From Candidatus Lindowbacteria bacterium RIFCSPLOWO2_12_FULL_62_27 (GTDB lineage Bacteria; Lindowbacteria; 2-12-FULL-62-27), in assembly GCA_001784175.1 (NCBI GenBank), contig MFPR01000033.1, forward strand, positions 62,001-126,000: a stretch of 64,000 bases of DNA, in the 5' to 3' direction. The notes beneath the pieces were generated by a model, which saw only the letters and a list, made by a program, of their open reading frames with translations, did not search any database and had not been told where the DNA came from. Position 1 is the first letter of the stretch; each line of letters begins with the position of its first letter. Shown here in pieces: positions 8,925 through 17,873 of this stretch. A program made the position numbers and the translations under genes.

Positions 8925-10493
8925 TCATTCCACCGTCGCCAGTTTGGAGACCAGCCAGTACCGCTTTCCGGTTGTTGGAAATCCCCGGACGTTGGCGACG
9001 TCTTCGATGGTCTTGAAGGGACCGTTCTTCTGCCGGTGGTCGAGCAGCTCGGCCAGTTCCTTCCACGGATTGTTCGTAGCGTGAACATTGTATAGTTGAA
9101 CAAAGACGGCCTTGAGTTCCGCTTCCGTGGCCGTGTTGATGTTGATCTTCTTTCTCTTCGGCAGCGCCTCCTTGGGCGGCCCGGCGCGGGCGATGGATCT
9201 TAGGGCCTCCAGATTCTCGGGTCTCATGCCCGGCATCATGAAGAGTTCGTCGACGCGGGCGAAGGGGCCGGCCATTTCACGGAGGATGACGATCTGCCGG
9301 GCAGTATAGGGATTGAGAGGCTCAAGGTCCGCCAGGGCTTTTTCGGAGGCCTCGTTGATGTTCACAAGCGAGGTGTCGCCTGACTCGATCCATCGGGGCT
9401 CAACGGGGCCGGCCGGCGTTGGGTCGGCGTCGGAGACGCCGACACTTGGGGCGCCGGAGGCGCTGATCCGTGACGCCGGCACTTGGGGCCTCGGAGAGGC
9501 TGATCCAGAGACGCCGGCATCACGCGCCGATACGAGCCGCCATCCACCCCACACCAGGGCCGCAAGGACGACGACGACGGCCAATCCGGCCGCCATGACA
9601 GGGATGCCGCGCGGGGTGAGCGCGCGCGCGGGCGACGGCGTCTGCGAGACGGCCACGGGTTGGCCCGGTGGTCCCGCACTATCCTCCAGGATTTCCGCGA
9701 CCTGCCGGTACCTGGCGCCGATCCGCCGCTGGAGACATTTGCGGATGATGCTCACCGACCGCGGGGACAGGCTGGGATTCAGGGCGCCGACATCGGGCGG
9801 ATCGAACCGCGGGTCCAGGATTTTCCGGATGACGGCGGGATTCGTTTCTCCCTCAAACGGAAGTTGTCCTGACGCCAGTTGATACCCGAGAACGCCGAGC
9901 GACCAGATGTCGGCGGATTCGGTCACGTTCTTGGACGAGTCGATCTGTTCCGGCGCCGAATAATGGGGCGTGCCGAGAATCTGGCCGGTCAGGGTAAAGT
10001 GCGCCTCCTGAACCATTTTCGAAAGGCCGAAATCCGTGATGCGGATTTGACCGTCGGCCAGCACGATGATGTTTCCCGCCGTCAGGTCCCGGTGCAGGAC
10101 ACCCTGTCGATGCGCGGCGGCGACGCCCTCGCATATCTTCGCGAACAGGCCCCGCCACTCGTCGTCGCCGGGCAGGCCGGCCCGACGGGCCAGCCAAGTC
10201 CGCATATCCGCGCCTTCGATCCATTCCATCGCGAGAAAATACCGGCCGGCGTCCATGCCGAAATGGTAGGCGCGCGGGATCATCTCATGCGAAAGGGTCA
10301 GATAGACGCGCGCCTCGCGCCGGAATCGCTCGACAAATTCCTGCCGGTCGCTGAACGACTCCGGAAGAACCTTCACAGCCACCACCTTGCCGTCCTCCGG
10401 GTCCTCCGCGCGGTAGACCGTGCCCATGCCGCCGCTGGCGACGACCGACTGAATCTTGAACCGGCCGATCCATTTGGGGGTGCCGGCGGTCAT
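8925..10493 (-). CDS. Kinase K5: kinase + TM + two ComEA-like HhH units
   Basis: SGGMGTVY, VAVK, HRDLTAGN, DFG, GTPHYSAPE; TM VMAAGLAVVVVLAALVWGGW; C-terminus closely resembles K3/K4 (QIVILREMAGPF, RYWLVSKLATV). Confidence 0.9.
   Translation of the reverse strand: MTAGTPKWIGRFKIQSVVASGGMGTVYRAEDPEDGKVVAVKVLPESFSDRQEFVERFRREARVYLTLSHEMIPRAYHFGMDAGRYFLAMEWIEGADMRTWLARRAGLPGDDEWRGLFAKICEGVAAAHRQGVLHRDLTAGNIIVLADGQIRITDFGLSKMVQEAHFTLTGQILGTPHYSAPEQIDSSKNVTESADIWSLGVLGYQLASGQLPFEGETNPAVIRKILDPRFDPPDVGALNPSLSPRSVSIIRKCLQRRIGARYRQVAEILEDSAGPPGQPVAVSQTPSPARALTPRGIPVMAAGLAVVVVLAALVWGGWRLVSARDAGVSGSASPRPQVPASRISASGAPSVGVSDADPTPAGPVEPRWIESGDTSLVNINEASEKALADLEPLNPYTARQIVILREMAGPFARVDELFMMPGMRPENLEALRSIARAGPPKEALPKRKKININTATEAELKAVFVQLYNVHATNNPWKELAELLDHRQKNGPFKTIEDVANVRGFPTTGKRYWLVSKLATVE
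9423..9519 (-). repeat. Palindromic repeat family A, degenerate tandem copies in the K5 linker
   Basis: Two CCCCAAGTG(C/T)CGGCGTC units; the last stem is GTCGGCGTC-tcc-GACGCCGAC, a compensatory change relative to other copies. Confidence 0.85.
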
Positions 10494-12331
10494 TTCGAGA
10501 ACACCTGGATCTGCCGCTCGAATTCCTCGCCGGACATGCGGGGGATGCCCATCTCCATGGCTTTTTGCAATCGCGGAGATCCATCGTCCACGCCGGCGCC
10601 GACAACAACCAATTTCACATTTTTTGAAATAGCCCCGCCGCCGCCCTTTGAGTATAAAGCGCCGAGGGCCTTCAATCGCTCGCCGGCCTGCTCCTGAGTC
10701 AGCCTTGGGAGCTGTCCCACAATCACGACGCGCTTCTCCTTGAACGGATTCTCGCCCTTGAGCGCCTGAACGATGAATTTCGCAGTCGCCTCGAATTCGT
10801 CGTCCGAAAGGACCGGCGCGGCGCCCATCAGCGGGATCTCCTCGTCCAGGCGGATCCAGTTCGGACGATGGCGCTTCTTTGCGGGAATTTCCACCACTTT
10901 GGGCAACCGAAAGACGCGGAGAACGATCGCGTGGAGAGGATTACTCACTTCTTTGGCGTGCTTCAACGCGTAATCGAGATCGTGCGCCATCCAAGGATCC
11001 ATCCGCCGGATTTCGGCCTCGCCGATCTTGACGTTGAGGACGGAAAGCGCAACGTATTGGATGGGTACGATGTCTTTGCCGTAGGCCGCCACCGGCGGGA
11101 CTTTTCCGGGTTTGAGTTCGAATCCCTCAATCGGCGACACTGCCGGATACAGGAACAAAACTTTCCCGGGCTTCACGCCTCCCGTCATGCCGCGGAGCGC
11201 GAGGACCGTTCGGCCGGCCCCCAGCGCCGCGGCATGGCGCGGGTCGAAGAGAAGGGCGCTCGATGAGGAGGCGGGGAGTTTGTAGGATCGGAAATCTGAC
11301 GGGGGAGCCCATACCGGATTGTCCGTGGCCGAAGTGACTCCGTCCTCGGCGGCAGGCGCGTCTTCAAGGTCGACGGCGGGGCCTCGGCCCTGCCACCACC
11401 AGCCGAGACCGGCAAGGATCACCAAGCCGGTGGCCGCCGCAATGATCCGCGAAACCAGCCGGCGCCGCCCGGCCGCGGAGGCGCGCCGGGCCACCGGCTC
11501 GGAGGGGTCGCCCTTCAAATCCTCCGCGATCTCCCAAGCCTGCGCGTATCGCCGGTCCGGATCGCGTTCGAGACATTTTCGAATGACGCTTTCCGCCAGG
11601 ACCGACAGTTTCGGATTCAGGCTCCGGGGCGGCGGCGCCTGACAGGCCGGATCCAGAATTTTCTTGATCACCTCGGCGCTCGTGGCGCCGTCGAAGGGCC
11701 GGCGGAGCGTCGCCATCTGGTATCCGAGCACGCCGAGAGACCAGAGGTCCGCCTGCGCGGTCACGTCTTTCGTCGATTCGATCTGTTCCGGCGCCATATA
11801 GTGCGGCGTGCCGAGAATCTCGCCGGTCACCGTGAAATGCTCCTCACGGACCATGGTCGAGAGACCAAAATCGGTGATCCGGACGTTGCCGTCCGGCATC
11901 AGGATCACGTTGCCGTCCGTCAGGTCGCGGTGCAAAATCCCCTGGGCGTGCGCCGCCGCCAGGCCGTGGGCGATCTTTGCGAAAATCGAAAGCCACGGCC
12001 CGTTGTCCGGAAGGTCGGTCTGCTGGGGCAGCCAGGCGCGCAGACTCTTGCCGTCGATCCATTCCATCGCCATGTAATACCGGCTGCCTTCCATCCCAAA
12101 GTCATATATTTTCGGGATCGCCTCGTGCGACAGGCTCATCCCGATCCGCGCCTCACGCTTGAACCGCTCCACAAACGACTCCTGCCGCCCGAAGGCCTCC
12201 GGTAAAACCTTGATCGCCACCACTGTCCCGTCCTCCGGATCCTCCCCGCGGTAGACCGTCGCCATCCCACCGGTCGCGGCGACGGACAGCACGCGGAACT
12301 TGCCGATCTTTTCAGGCGATGGCGCGGTCAT
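10490..12331 (-). CDS. Kinase K6: kinase + TM + DUF1802-like domain + BRCT domain
   Basis: HRDLTDGN, DFG, GTPHYMAPE; TM; LFLYP..IVLRVFRLP..WIRL..PVLSDDEF (DUF1802 pattern); RVVIVGQL..LGA..ISKNVKLVVVG..KAMEMGIP (LigA/RFC-type BRCT). Confidence 0.85.
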   Translation of the reverse strand: MTAPSPEKIGKFRVLSVAATGGMATVYRGEDPEDGTVVAIKVLPEAFGRQESFVERFKREARIGMSLSHEAIPKIYDFGMEGSRYYMAMEWIDGKSLRAWLPQQTDLPDNGPWLSIFAKIAHGLAAAHAQGILHRDLTDGNVILMPDGNVRITDFGLSTMVREEHFTVTGEILGTPHYMAPEQIESTKDVTAQADLWSLGVLGYQMATLRRPFDGATSAEVIKKILDPACQAPPPRSLNPKLSVLAESVIRKCLERDPDRRYAQAWEIAEDLKGDPSEPVARRASAAGRRRLVSRIIAAATGLVILAGLGWWWQGRGPAVDLEDAPAAEDGVTSATDNPVWAPPSDFRSYKLPASSSSALLFDPRHAAALGAGRTVLALRGMTGGVKPGKVLFLYPAVSPIEGFELKPGKVPPVAAYGKDIVPIQYVALSVLNVKIGEAEIRRMDPWMAHDLDYALKHAKEVSNPLHAIVLRVFRLPKVVEIPAKKRHRPNWIRLDEEIPLMGAAPVLSDDEFEATAKFIVQALKGENPFKEKRVVIVGQLPRLTQEQAGERLKALGALYSKGGGGAISKNVKLVVVGAGVDDGSPRLQKAMEMGIPRMSGEEFERQIQVFSK

Positions 12332-13125
12332 TGGAGGAGGTGAAAGGCGTTTTTATAGGGCGTGATGTCCAACGACCAGTCGCTGGTGCGCAGGAACACG
12401 CGGGTTCCATCCGGTCTGAAGGCTGCAGCCCGTGTGGAACCTGTGCCGGATCCCTTTGGCAAGCCTTCGATGACCTCCGGCGACAAGATTTTTCCTGGAA
12501 CCACGAACAGGTCGCCGGACTCTTCATGGTCGATGACTACAAAGTAGGGTCCGAAGGCCGCGAGCGCATGAGAGATGCCCGTACTTAAACTGACAAAGTT
12601 TCGATTCTTCGCCCGGACCGTCGTACGATAGACATAACATTTACCATCCCCGACCTCATACGTTCTTGCATTTCCGCCGATTCGCCCTTCCACAAGAATC
12701 CGGTCAATCCTGACATCGAATTTTGCCGCGAAACGCAGATCGTCGTCGGACATCTCTTTCCTGCGGTACGTCGGCTTCTCCGACGGATGCGCGACCGGCG
12801 CGTCATCGCCGGACCCCCCTTCATCCCCCCTTGTAAAGGGGGGAACGAGGGGGGTTGACCCATTTTCCTGCACCGGGTTTCCGCCTCCTCCGGCGTCAGG
12901 ACGCGCGGCCCAGCCGATGACGGCGCCGGCCGCGAAAAAGCCAGCGAGGAGCGCCGCCGCCGTAGATGCCCGGATTTTTCGCCGCCGAACTCCAATCTGG
13001 ACGCTGCTGCTGATTCCCTCCCACACGGCGCCCGCCAGTTCCGCCGCGCTCCACGCGCCGCAGGCGGGACACGCGTGGCCGGGTTGGACATCGCCGTGAC
13101 CGCAGGTGTTGCAGGATGAACTCAT
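12328..13125 (-). CDS. Kinase-less Zn ribbon + TM + unknown extracytoplasmic domain protein
   Basis: MSSSCNTCGH..ACPACG, basic patch RRRKIR, TM AAALLAGFFAAGAVIGW; start at 13125 chosen by analogy with 24179/26213/26972 (ORF track starts at 13227). Confidence 0.7.
   Translation of the reverse strand: MSSSCNTCGHGDVQPGHACPACGAWSAAELAGAVWEGISSSVQIGVRRRKIRASTAAALLAGFFAAGAVIGWAARPDAGGGGNPVQENGSTPLVPPFTRGDEGGSGDDAPVAHPSEKPTYRRKEMSDDDLRFAAKFDVRIDRILVEGRIGGNARTYEVGDGKCYVYRTTVRAKNRNFVSLSTGISHALAAFGPYFVVIDHEESGDLFVVPGKILSPEVIEGLPKGSGTGSTRAAAFRPDGTRVFLRTSDWSLDITPYKNAFHLLQ
12814..12856. repeat. C/G-run hairpin element inserted in frame
   Basis: CCCCCCTT-GTA-AAGGGGGG stem flanked by further C and G runs; encodes PLVPPFTRGDEGG. 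Confidence 0.6.
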
Positions 13126-13144
13126 GGGATTAAACCAACGGCAT

Positions 13145-13171
13145 CTGGACCCCCGCTTTCGCGGGGGTGAC
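13145..13171 (-). repeat. REP-like palindrome family B
   Basis: GTCA-CCCCCGC-GAAA-GCGGGGG-TCCA on the minus strand; sister copy at 44599-44624. Confidence 0.75.
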
Positions 13172-13213
13172 GGGCTTTGCATATGTAAAGAAGCGTTGGA
13201 TACACTGGACACC

Positions 13214-14425
13214 TCATTCCCCTTCACCGCCCGGTTCCTCTCTCACCTCAGGCGGCAGCCGGCTTTCATCCGTCGTCTGCACAGGCCCAACCGCCTGGAG
13301 ATTTGAAACGGGGTGCGCAATCCAACCACTGCCAACTCCTGCGGCGAGGGCGGCCGCCCACGCCATCATCCATTTCGCCGGGACCCGCCGCCGCCCGGCC
13401 GCCGGATACGGCGATTTCTCATCCGCCGAGCAGGAAAGGCTGAGATTTCGCCCGTCGATCTCGGCCTCCATCACGCCGGATCGGCCCAGCCGGCCGCGCC
13501 GTACGACCCGGCCCATCTTGCCTCCGAGATGTTCGTGCACAAAGACTTCGCCCCGAACATACTCTCGATTCGGATCGTAGACGAACGAGCGGGGGATTGG
13601 ATCGGGCGAATCGAAATCGGCCACGAGTTCATCGCACGACGAATACCGGCCCGCCGGATCTCTGCAGAGACACCGGAGGACCAGCAGATTCCATTTCAGA
13701 TGCGGGCCGGCACCGCCCTCCAGCGGGGCTTTGAGGGCGTGCCGGGGATTGAGGATCGACGAAACGATCGTGGCGATGTTTTTGGAGGGAAACGGCAATG
13801 TTCCCGTCAGCGTTTCGTACAGGACGGCGCCCAAAGACCAGATGTCCGTCCGCGCGTCGATCGGGCTGCCCGTTTCGAACTGCTCGGGCGCCATGTAGGC
13901 CGGCGTGCCGAAATGCTGGCCGGTCATGGCGAGGGTCATTTCGTCGACCAGCCGGGATATCCCGAAGTCGATGACTTTCACGTGGCCCGCGTCTGTCACG
14001 ATGATGTTTTTCGACGAGATGTCCCTGTGAATGATCCCGAGGCCGTGCGCATGTCCGAGCACCCCCGCGACGCCCCGCAGAACCTTTTCCGCAAGTTCCA
14101 CGCCAAGGCTCGATGTGCCGTTGGCCAGGACCCATTCGAGCGGGCGGCCTTCAAAATACTCCATCGTCACGTATCGCTTGCCGTCGATCTCGCCGTCTCC
14201 GTAAATCGTCGGCACGCCCTCGTGCGACAGCCGGCCAAGCGACGCGCATTCGCGCTTGAACCGCTCCCGCCACTGCTTGTTCCTGGAGATGTGCTCCGGC
14301 AGGATTTTCAGCGCGACTTGCCGGCCGCCGCGCGACGGGTCCTCCGCCAGATAGACCTTGCCCGTCCCCCCGTGCCCGATCTCGCGAATGAGCTTGAACG
14401 TGCCGAAGAATTCGGTGCTCAACAT
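13214..14425 (-). CDS. Kinase K7: kinase + beta domain + TM, with almost no extracytoplasmic domain
   Basis: GHGGTGKVY, VALK, HRDISSKN, DFG, GTPAYMAPE; TM WMMAWAAALAAGVGSGWIA followed by only ~30 aa. Confidence 0.9.
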   Translation of the reverse strand: MLSTEFFGTFKLIREIGHGGTGKVYLAEDPSRGGRQVALKILPEHISRNKQWRERFKRECASLGRLSHEGVPTIYGDGEIDGKRYVTMEYFEGRPLEWVLANGTSSLGVELAEKVLRGVAGVLGHAHGLGIIHRDISSKNIIVTDAGHVKVIDFGISRLVDEMTLAMTGQHFGTPAYMAPEQFETGSPIDARTDIWSLGAVLYETLTGTLPFPSKNIATIVSSILNPRHALKAPLEGGAGPHLKWNLLVLRCLCRDPAGRYSSCDELVADFDSPDPIPRSFVYDPNREYVRGEVFVHEHLGGKMGRVVRRGRLGRSGVMEAEIDGRNLSLSCSADEKSPYPAAGRRRVPAKWMMAWAAALAAGVGSGWIAHPVSNLQAVGPVQTTDESRLPPEVREEPGGEGE

Positions 14426-14434
14426 GGATGGGTC

Positions 14435-14821
14435 CTACACCCGCGCGAATTCCTTGAGGAGGACGACGAAATTTTCGCCGACCTTGGACATTTTCTGCAC
14501 CTGGTAGTCTTTCGCCCGGTACCGCACGATGTCGTAGAGATCGACGCCGGCGTCCTTGCGGAGGGTGAGTCGGACGGTGTTGGTTTTGAGGTCCTCGATT
14601 TTGACGGTGTCGGCCGTGGAAATCTCATCTGTGAGCGGCTGGCCCATGATTTCCCTCCGGATGCGCTTGGCAACGTGCGCGCTGAATCCGCGGTCCCTCA
14701 TTATTTTTTCAATGTCTTCGGGAGGCGTCTGTTTCTCGCGCAGCGCCTTGCCGTCCGCCACGGCCTTCTGCATCAACTTCAGAATGGCACCCGCCATCAT
14801 CGTTTCGTCACCGTACGGCAT
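14435..14821 (-). CDS. Hypothetical 128-aa protein, paralog of 4765-5157
   Basis: MPYGDETMMAGAILKL..RGFSAH..GQPLTDEI..NTVRLT..DIVRYR..LKEF matches MAYGDQTLLAGTVLKL..KGFSPH..GEPLEDEI..NTVRVT..DIVRFR..LKEF. Confidence 0.82.
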   Translation of the reverse strand: MPYGDETMMAGAILKLMQKAVADGKALREKQTPPEDIEKIMRDRGFSAHVAKRIRREIMGQPLTDEISTADTVKIEDLKTNTVRLTLRKDAGVDLYDIVRYRAKDYQVQKMSKVGENFVVLLKEFARV

Positions 14822-14828
14822 GCATCCG

Positions 14829-14857
14829 ACAATAGATGTGCGGCGCCGGTTTTGCAA
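14829..14857 (-). promoter_or_regulatory. Leaderless sigma70-type promoter of the 14821-8925 operon
   Basis: Minus strand TTGCAA-17 nt-TATTGT-7 nt-ATG. Confidence 0.6.
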
Positions 14858-17800
14858 TGGATTTTTTCGTGGCGCAAAGATATATAGGAGCGGTGGCCAC
14901 AGGACAGGTGAAGCAAGAGACGTCGAGTTCGGCCGGACCGGTCGTGATGTTCGACGCCGAGTTCCGGCTCGGTCTTCAGCGCCTCCTGGCTCTGCTTGGC
15001 GACCGGGAGTCTTTTTCCATCGTCCAGGCGGATCTGGGGGACGAGGACCCTCAGATCCGGGCCGGCGCGATCCGGCTGATCGGCGAGCTGGGGCTGTCGG
15101 AGTACCTGCCCAACATCCTCGACCGGCTTCAGAAAATCTACGGAAAACAGCAAAGCCAGAAAGAGCTGCCGTTCACCGTCGCGGTCTTCAGCGCCCTTAA
15201 AAAGATCGGCACCACGGAAATCGCGGAGGAGTTGTCACGCCGGTTCGAGCAGTTGCCGGAGTATTTGAGATTGCCGGCGCTCTACGTGATCGCCGCGCAC
15301 GGCGCCGGCAGCGAGCCGATCGACCGATTTTTTCAGGGACTCCTTCGGCCGGACACGCCGCATCCCGATCTTCGACCCGACGCCATCGAGCTGTACGGCG
15401 CGCTGGTCGCCAGAGAGCCTGGCCCGGCCCTCGCGATGTTCCGTTCGGCGCTGACGGAAGGGAATCCCGATGTGTCGCGCGCGGCCGCAGCCGCCCTCGC
15501 CGGCCTCTTGGCCGAACGCGTTTTCGAAATTTCCGACTGGCCGCGACTTCCGTCCGGCCTCCAGGCGCAGATCCTTCGGATCGCGCCCTCCGTGCCGGCG
15601 GCGGCGCTGGGGGAGGCGATGAAGTCCGAACACATAGAGGTGAAGCAGGAGGCGGTGACCCGGATCCTGAGCGCGGCGGAACCGCCCCACGCCATCCTCG
15701 ACGTCATCCGCATCTTCAGCGCCGAATCCGAGTGGGACACGGTCGGCGCGGACGCCCTGGCCTCGACGCTCGCGCGATGGTACTCGACGGGCCAGGGACG
15801 GCTGGCGCTGGTTCAGATGTTTTCCTACATCCTGCGGCGCCAGACGGGCGTATTGGAGAAATTCCTGCCGACCCCCGGCGCCATCCTGGCCGACATCGAC
15901 CGCCTCATCGCACGCCTGCGGCGCGCCCTTTTGCGCACCGGATCGCCCCGGATGGCGAACGCCCTCGCGGATGCGCTGATCGGGAAAGCGGCGCCGGCCG
16001 GCGTCATCGACCTCGTGGACGGCTTGCTGTCGCTGTATCCCAGGGAAAAAGAGCTTCGCGCGACGGTCGAAGAGCTTCTCGGCATCCCGGACGAGCGGAC
16101 ACGAAAACGAATTGCGTCGGAAGTGAGGCAGATTCCGGCCGGGGCGTTCATCCCGCTCAAGAAGATTTTGAAAATCCTCCCGCCCCTCAAGGAACCGTCG
16201 CTGAATCCCACGCTGAAAATCATCCGCGACCTGTCCCGCGCCCACTCCGACGCCGAACTCGAATGGCTGGCCGTCACGCACCTCGCGGGCTGTGGCGATC
16301 CGTCCGCGGCCGGCGCCGTCTGCGACGCGGCGCTCAGGGGCGTCGCCGAATCCGGCGACGGCGAGTCGCACCGCGGCCTTGACGTTTCGGTGTGGCTCCG
16401 GACCCTGTCGATGGATACGGCGCCCGCACGGATTCGAGAGACGTTGCTGGCCATCATCCGCCGGACATCCCAGCCGGATACGTTTCGGGCCGCGGTGGAA
16501 CTCTTGAGCGTCAAAAACGATCCGCAGGTGTCCAGCGCCCTCATGGAACGTCTGCCGGACTTGGTGGGCACGCTGCGATTCACGGCCATCCAAGCCATCG
16601 GCCGCATGGGCGACCGGGTCCATCTGCCTGTCTTTTTGGCGGAACTTTCGGCGGACCGGCAGGAGCGGCAACTGGCAGGCCTGTTGGGGCTGGAGAAACT
16701 TCTTGACGCCAATCCCGATCTTCCGCCGAACACCGTGAGCACGCCGCTCTATGAGTTGAATCGTTGCCCCGATCTGACCATCCGGACAGCGGCGGTGGGA
16801 CTCCTGGTCCGCCTGAACGATCCCAATCGCATGGACCTCGTGGCCGACATCGTGGCGGCGCCTCAGCCCGTCCCTGCGAGCGCCTACCGGCTCGTCTCCG
16901 CGCTCGCGCAAGAGAATATTTCGGAGGAGGACCGCACAAAATTATTCCGCGCCCTCCTCAGCCGGATCGGAAGAATGTCGGACGAGGATTCGGAGCCGAT
17001 CGCCGACGCCTTCCGGGCCGTTCTGGCCGGCCGGCCCTTCGCGTCCCTCCTGCAGACGGAGCGGCAACGCGCGGACGAGGTGCAGGATTTGAGCGACCTG
17101 CTCCGGCGCCGGTCGGGCGCCCAAGCGGCGACCGATTTCAAAATATCCAAGTCCATCCAGCGCCGGTCAATCGCCTTCATCGACATCACCGGGTTTACGC
17201 CGCGCGCGTCCCGGCTCACGGCGATCGAGCTCGGCGTGTTCCTCGTTCAGGTCGAAGACGAGATTCTCCCCTACATCAAGAAACACGAAGGCGCGCTGAT
17301 CAAACGCCTGGGCGACGGATTCCTCGTTTCCTACCCGGGTTCGGTCCGGGCCCTGACCTCCGGCCTCGAGATGCTGCAGTTTCTTGCCAGGAAAAATCAG
17401 CTCCTTCAGGAGGAGGACCGCGTCCGGCTGCGGATCGGCATCCACACCGGGGACGTGCTGGTCGCGCGGGACGACGTTTTCGGCGACACCGTCAACGTGG
17501 CCGCGCGGGTGGAGGCGCTGGGCAAGCCCATGTGCGTCACGTTTACGGAGGACGTGTTCAGGGATCTGCCCGGCCGCAACCGTGTGATCGAGCCGCTGGG
17601 ACCGACGAAGCTGAAAGGGAGGGACGAGCCGATCGAGATTTACCGGATCCGGCTCGACGTCATCTACGAGGCCCAGACCGACGCGATCCGCAAGGTCATG
17701 GCCATGCCGGACTGGATGCCGAAAATCAAAAAATTCAAGACCGACCTGGAGGAACGGTACCGGCGGCTGTCCGAAAAAATCGAGGAGGCCGAGCACATGG

Positions 17801-17865
17801 CCGAGCGCGGCGACTTCGCCCACGCCGAATCCCTCGTCATCGAGATCGAAAAGCAGATGCTGTAG
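14836..17865 (+). CDS. HEAT/ARM-repeat class III adenylate cyclase (start uncertain, 14836-14947)
   Basis: HEAT-like repeats (DEDPQIRAGAIRLIGEL etc.); AFIDITGFT, IKRLGDGFL, RIGIHTGDV, DVFGDTVNVAARVE, with the Lys/Asp pair typical of ATP specificity. Confidence 0.88.
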   Translation: MCGAGFAMDFFVAQRYIGAVATGQVKQETSSSAGPVVMFDAEFRLGLQRLLALLGDRESFSIVQADLGDEDPQIRAGAIRLIGELGLSEYLPNILDRLQKIYGKQQSQKELPFTVAVFSALKKIGTTEIAEELSRRFEQLPEYLRLPALYVIAAHGAGSEPIDRFFQGLLRPDTPHPDLRPDAIELYGALVAREPGPALAMFRSALTEGNPDVSRAAAAALAGLLAERVFEISDWPRLPSGLQAQILRIAPSVPAAALGEAMKSEHIEVKQEAVTRILSAAEPPHAILDVIRIFSAESEWDTVGADALASTLARWYSTGQGRLALVQMFSYILRRQTGVLEKFLPTPGAILADIDRLIARLRRALLRTGSPRMANALADALIGKAAPAGVIDLVDGLLSLYPREKELRATVEELLGIPDERTRKRIASEVRQIPAGAFIPLKKILKILPPLKEPSLNPTLKIIRDLSRAHSDAELEWLAVTHLAGCGDPSAAGAVCDAALRGVAESGDGESHRGLDVSVWLRTLSMDTAPARIRETLLAIIRRTSQPDTFRAAVELLSVKNDPQVSSALMERLPDLVGTLRFTAIQAIGRMGDRVHLPVFLAELSADRQERQLAGLLGLEKLLDANPDLPPNTVSTPLYELNRCPDLTIRTAAVGLLVRLNDPNRMDLVADIVAAPQPVPASAYRLVSALAQENISEEDRTKLFRALLSRIGRMSDEDSEPIADAFRAVLAGRPFASLLQTERQRADEVQDLSDLLRRRSGAQAATDFKISKSIQRRSIAFIDITGFTPRASRLTAIELGVFLVQVEDEILPYIKKHEGALIKRLGDGFLVSYPGSVRALTSGLEMLQFLARKNQLLQEEDRVRLRIGIHTGDVLVARDDVFGDTVNVAARVEALGKPMCVTFTEDVFRDLPGRNRVIEPLGPTKLKGRDEPIEIYRIRLDVIYEAQTDAIRKVMAMPDWMPKIKKFKTDLEERYRRLSEKIEEAEHMAERGDFAHAESLVIEIEKQML

Positions 17866-17873
17866 AGCGTTCC

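Noticed and set aside
12328-14425. K7 and the downstream ORF as one frameshifted pseudogene
   Set aside because: Each has its own TM, and the downstream ORF starts with a Zn ribbon like three other stand-alone genes
16764-17873. 370-aa N-terminal extension of the 882-aa kinase ORF
   Set aside because: Arg/Pro/Gly-rich off-frame overlap with the cyclase gene; the kinase begins at ATG 17874
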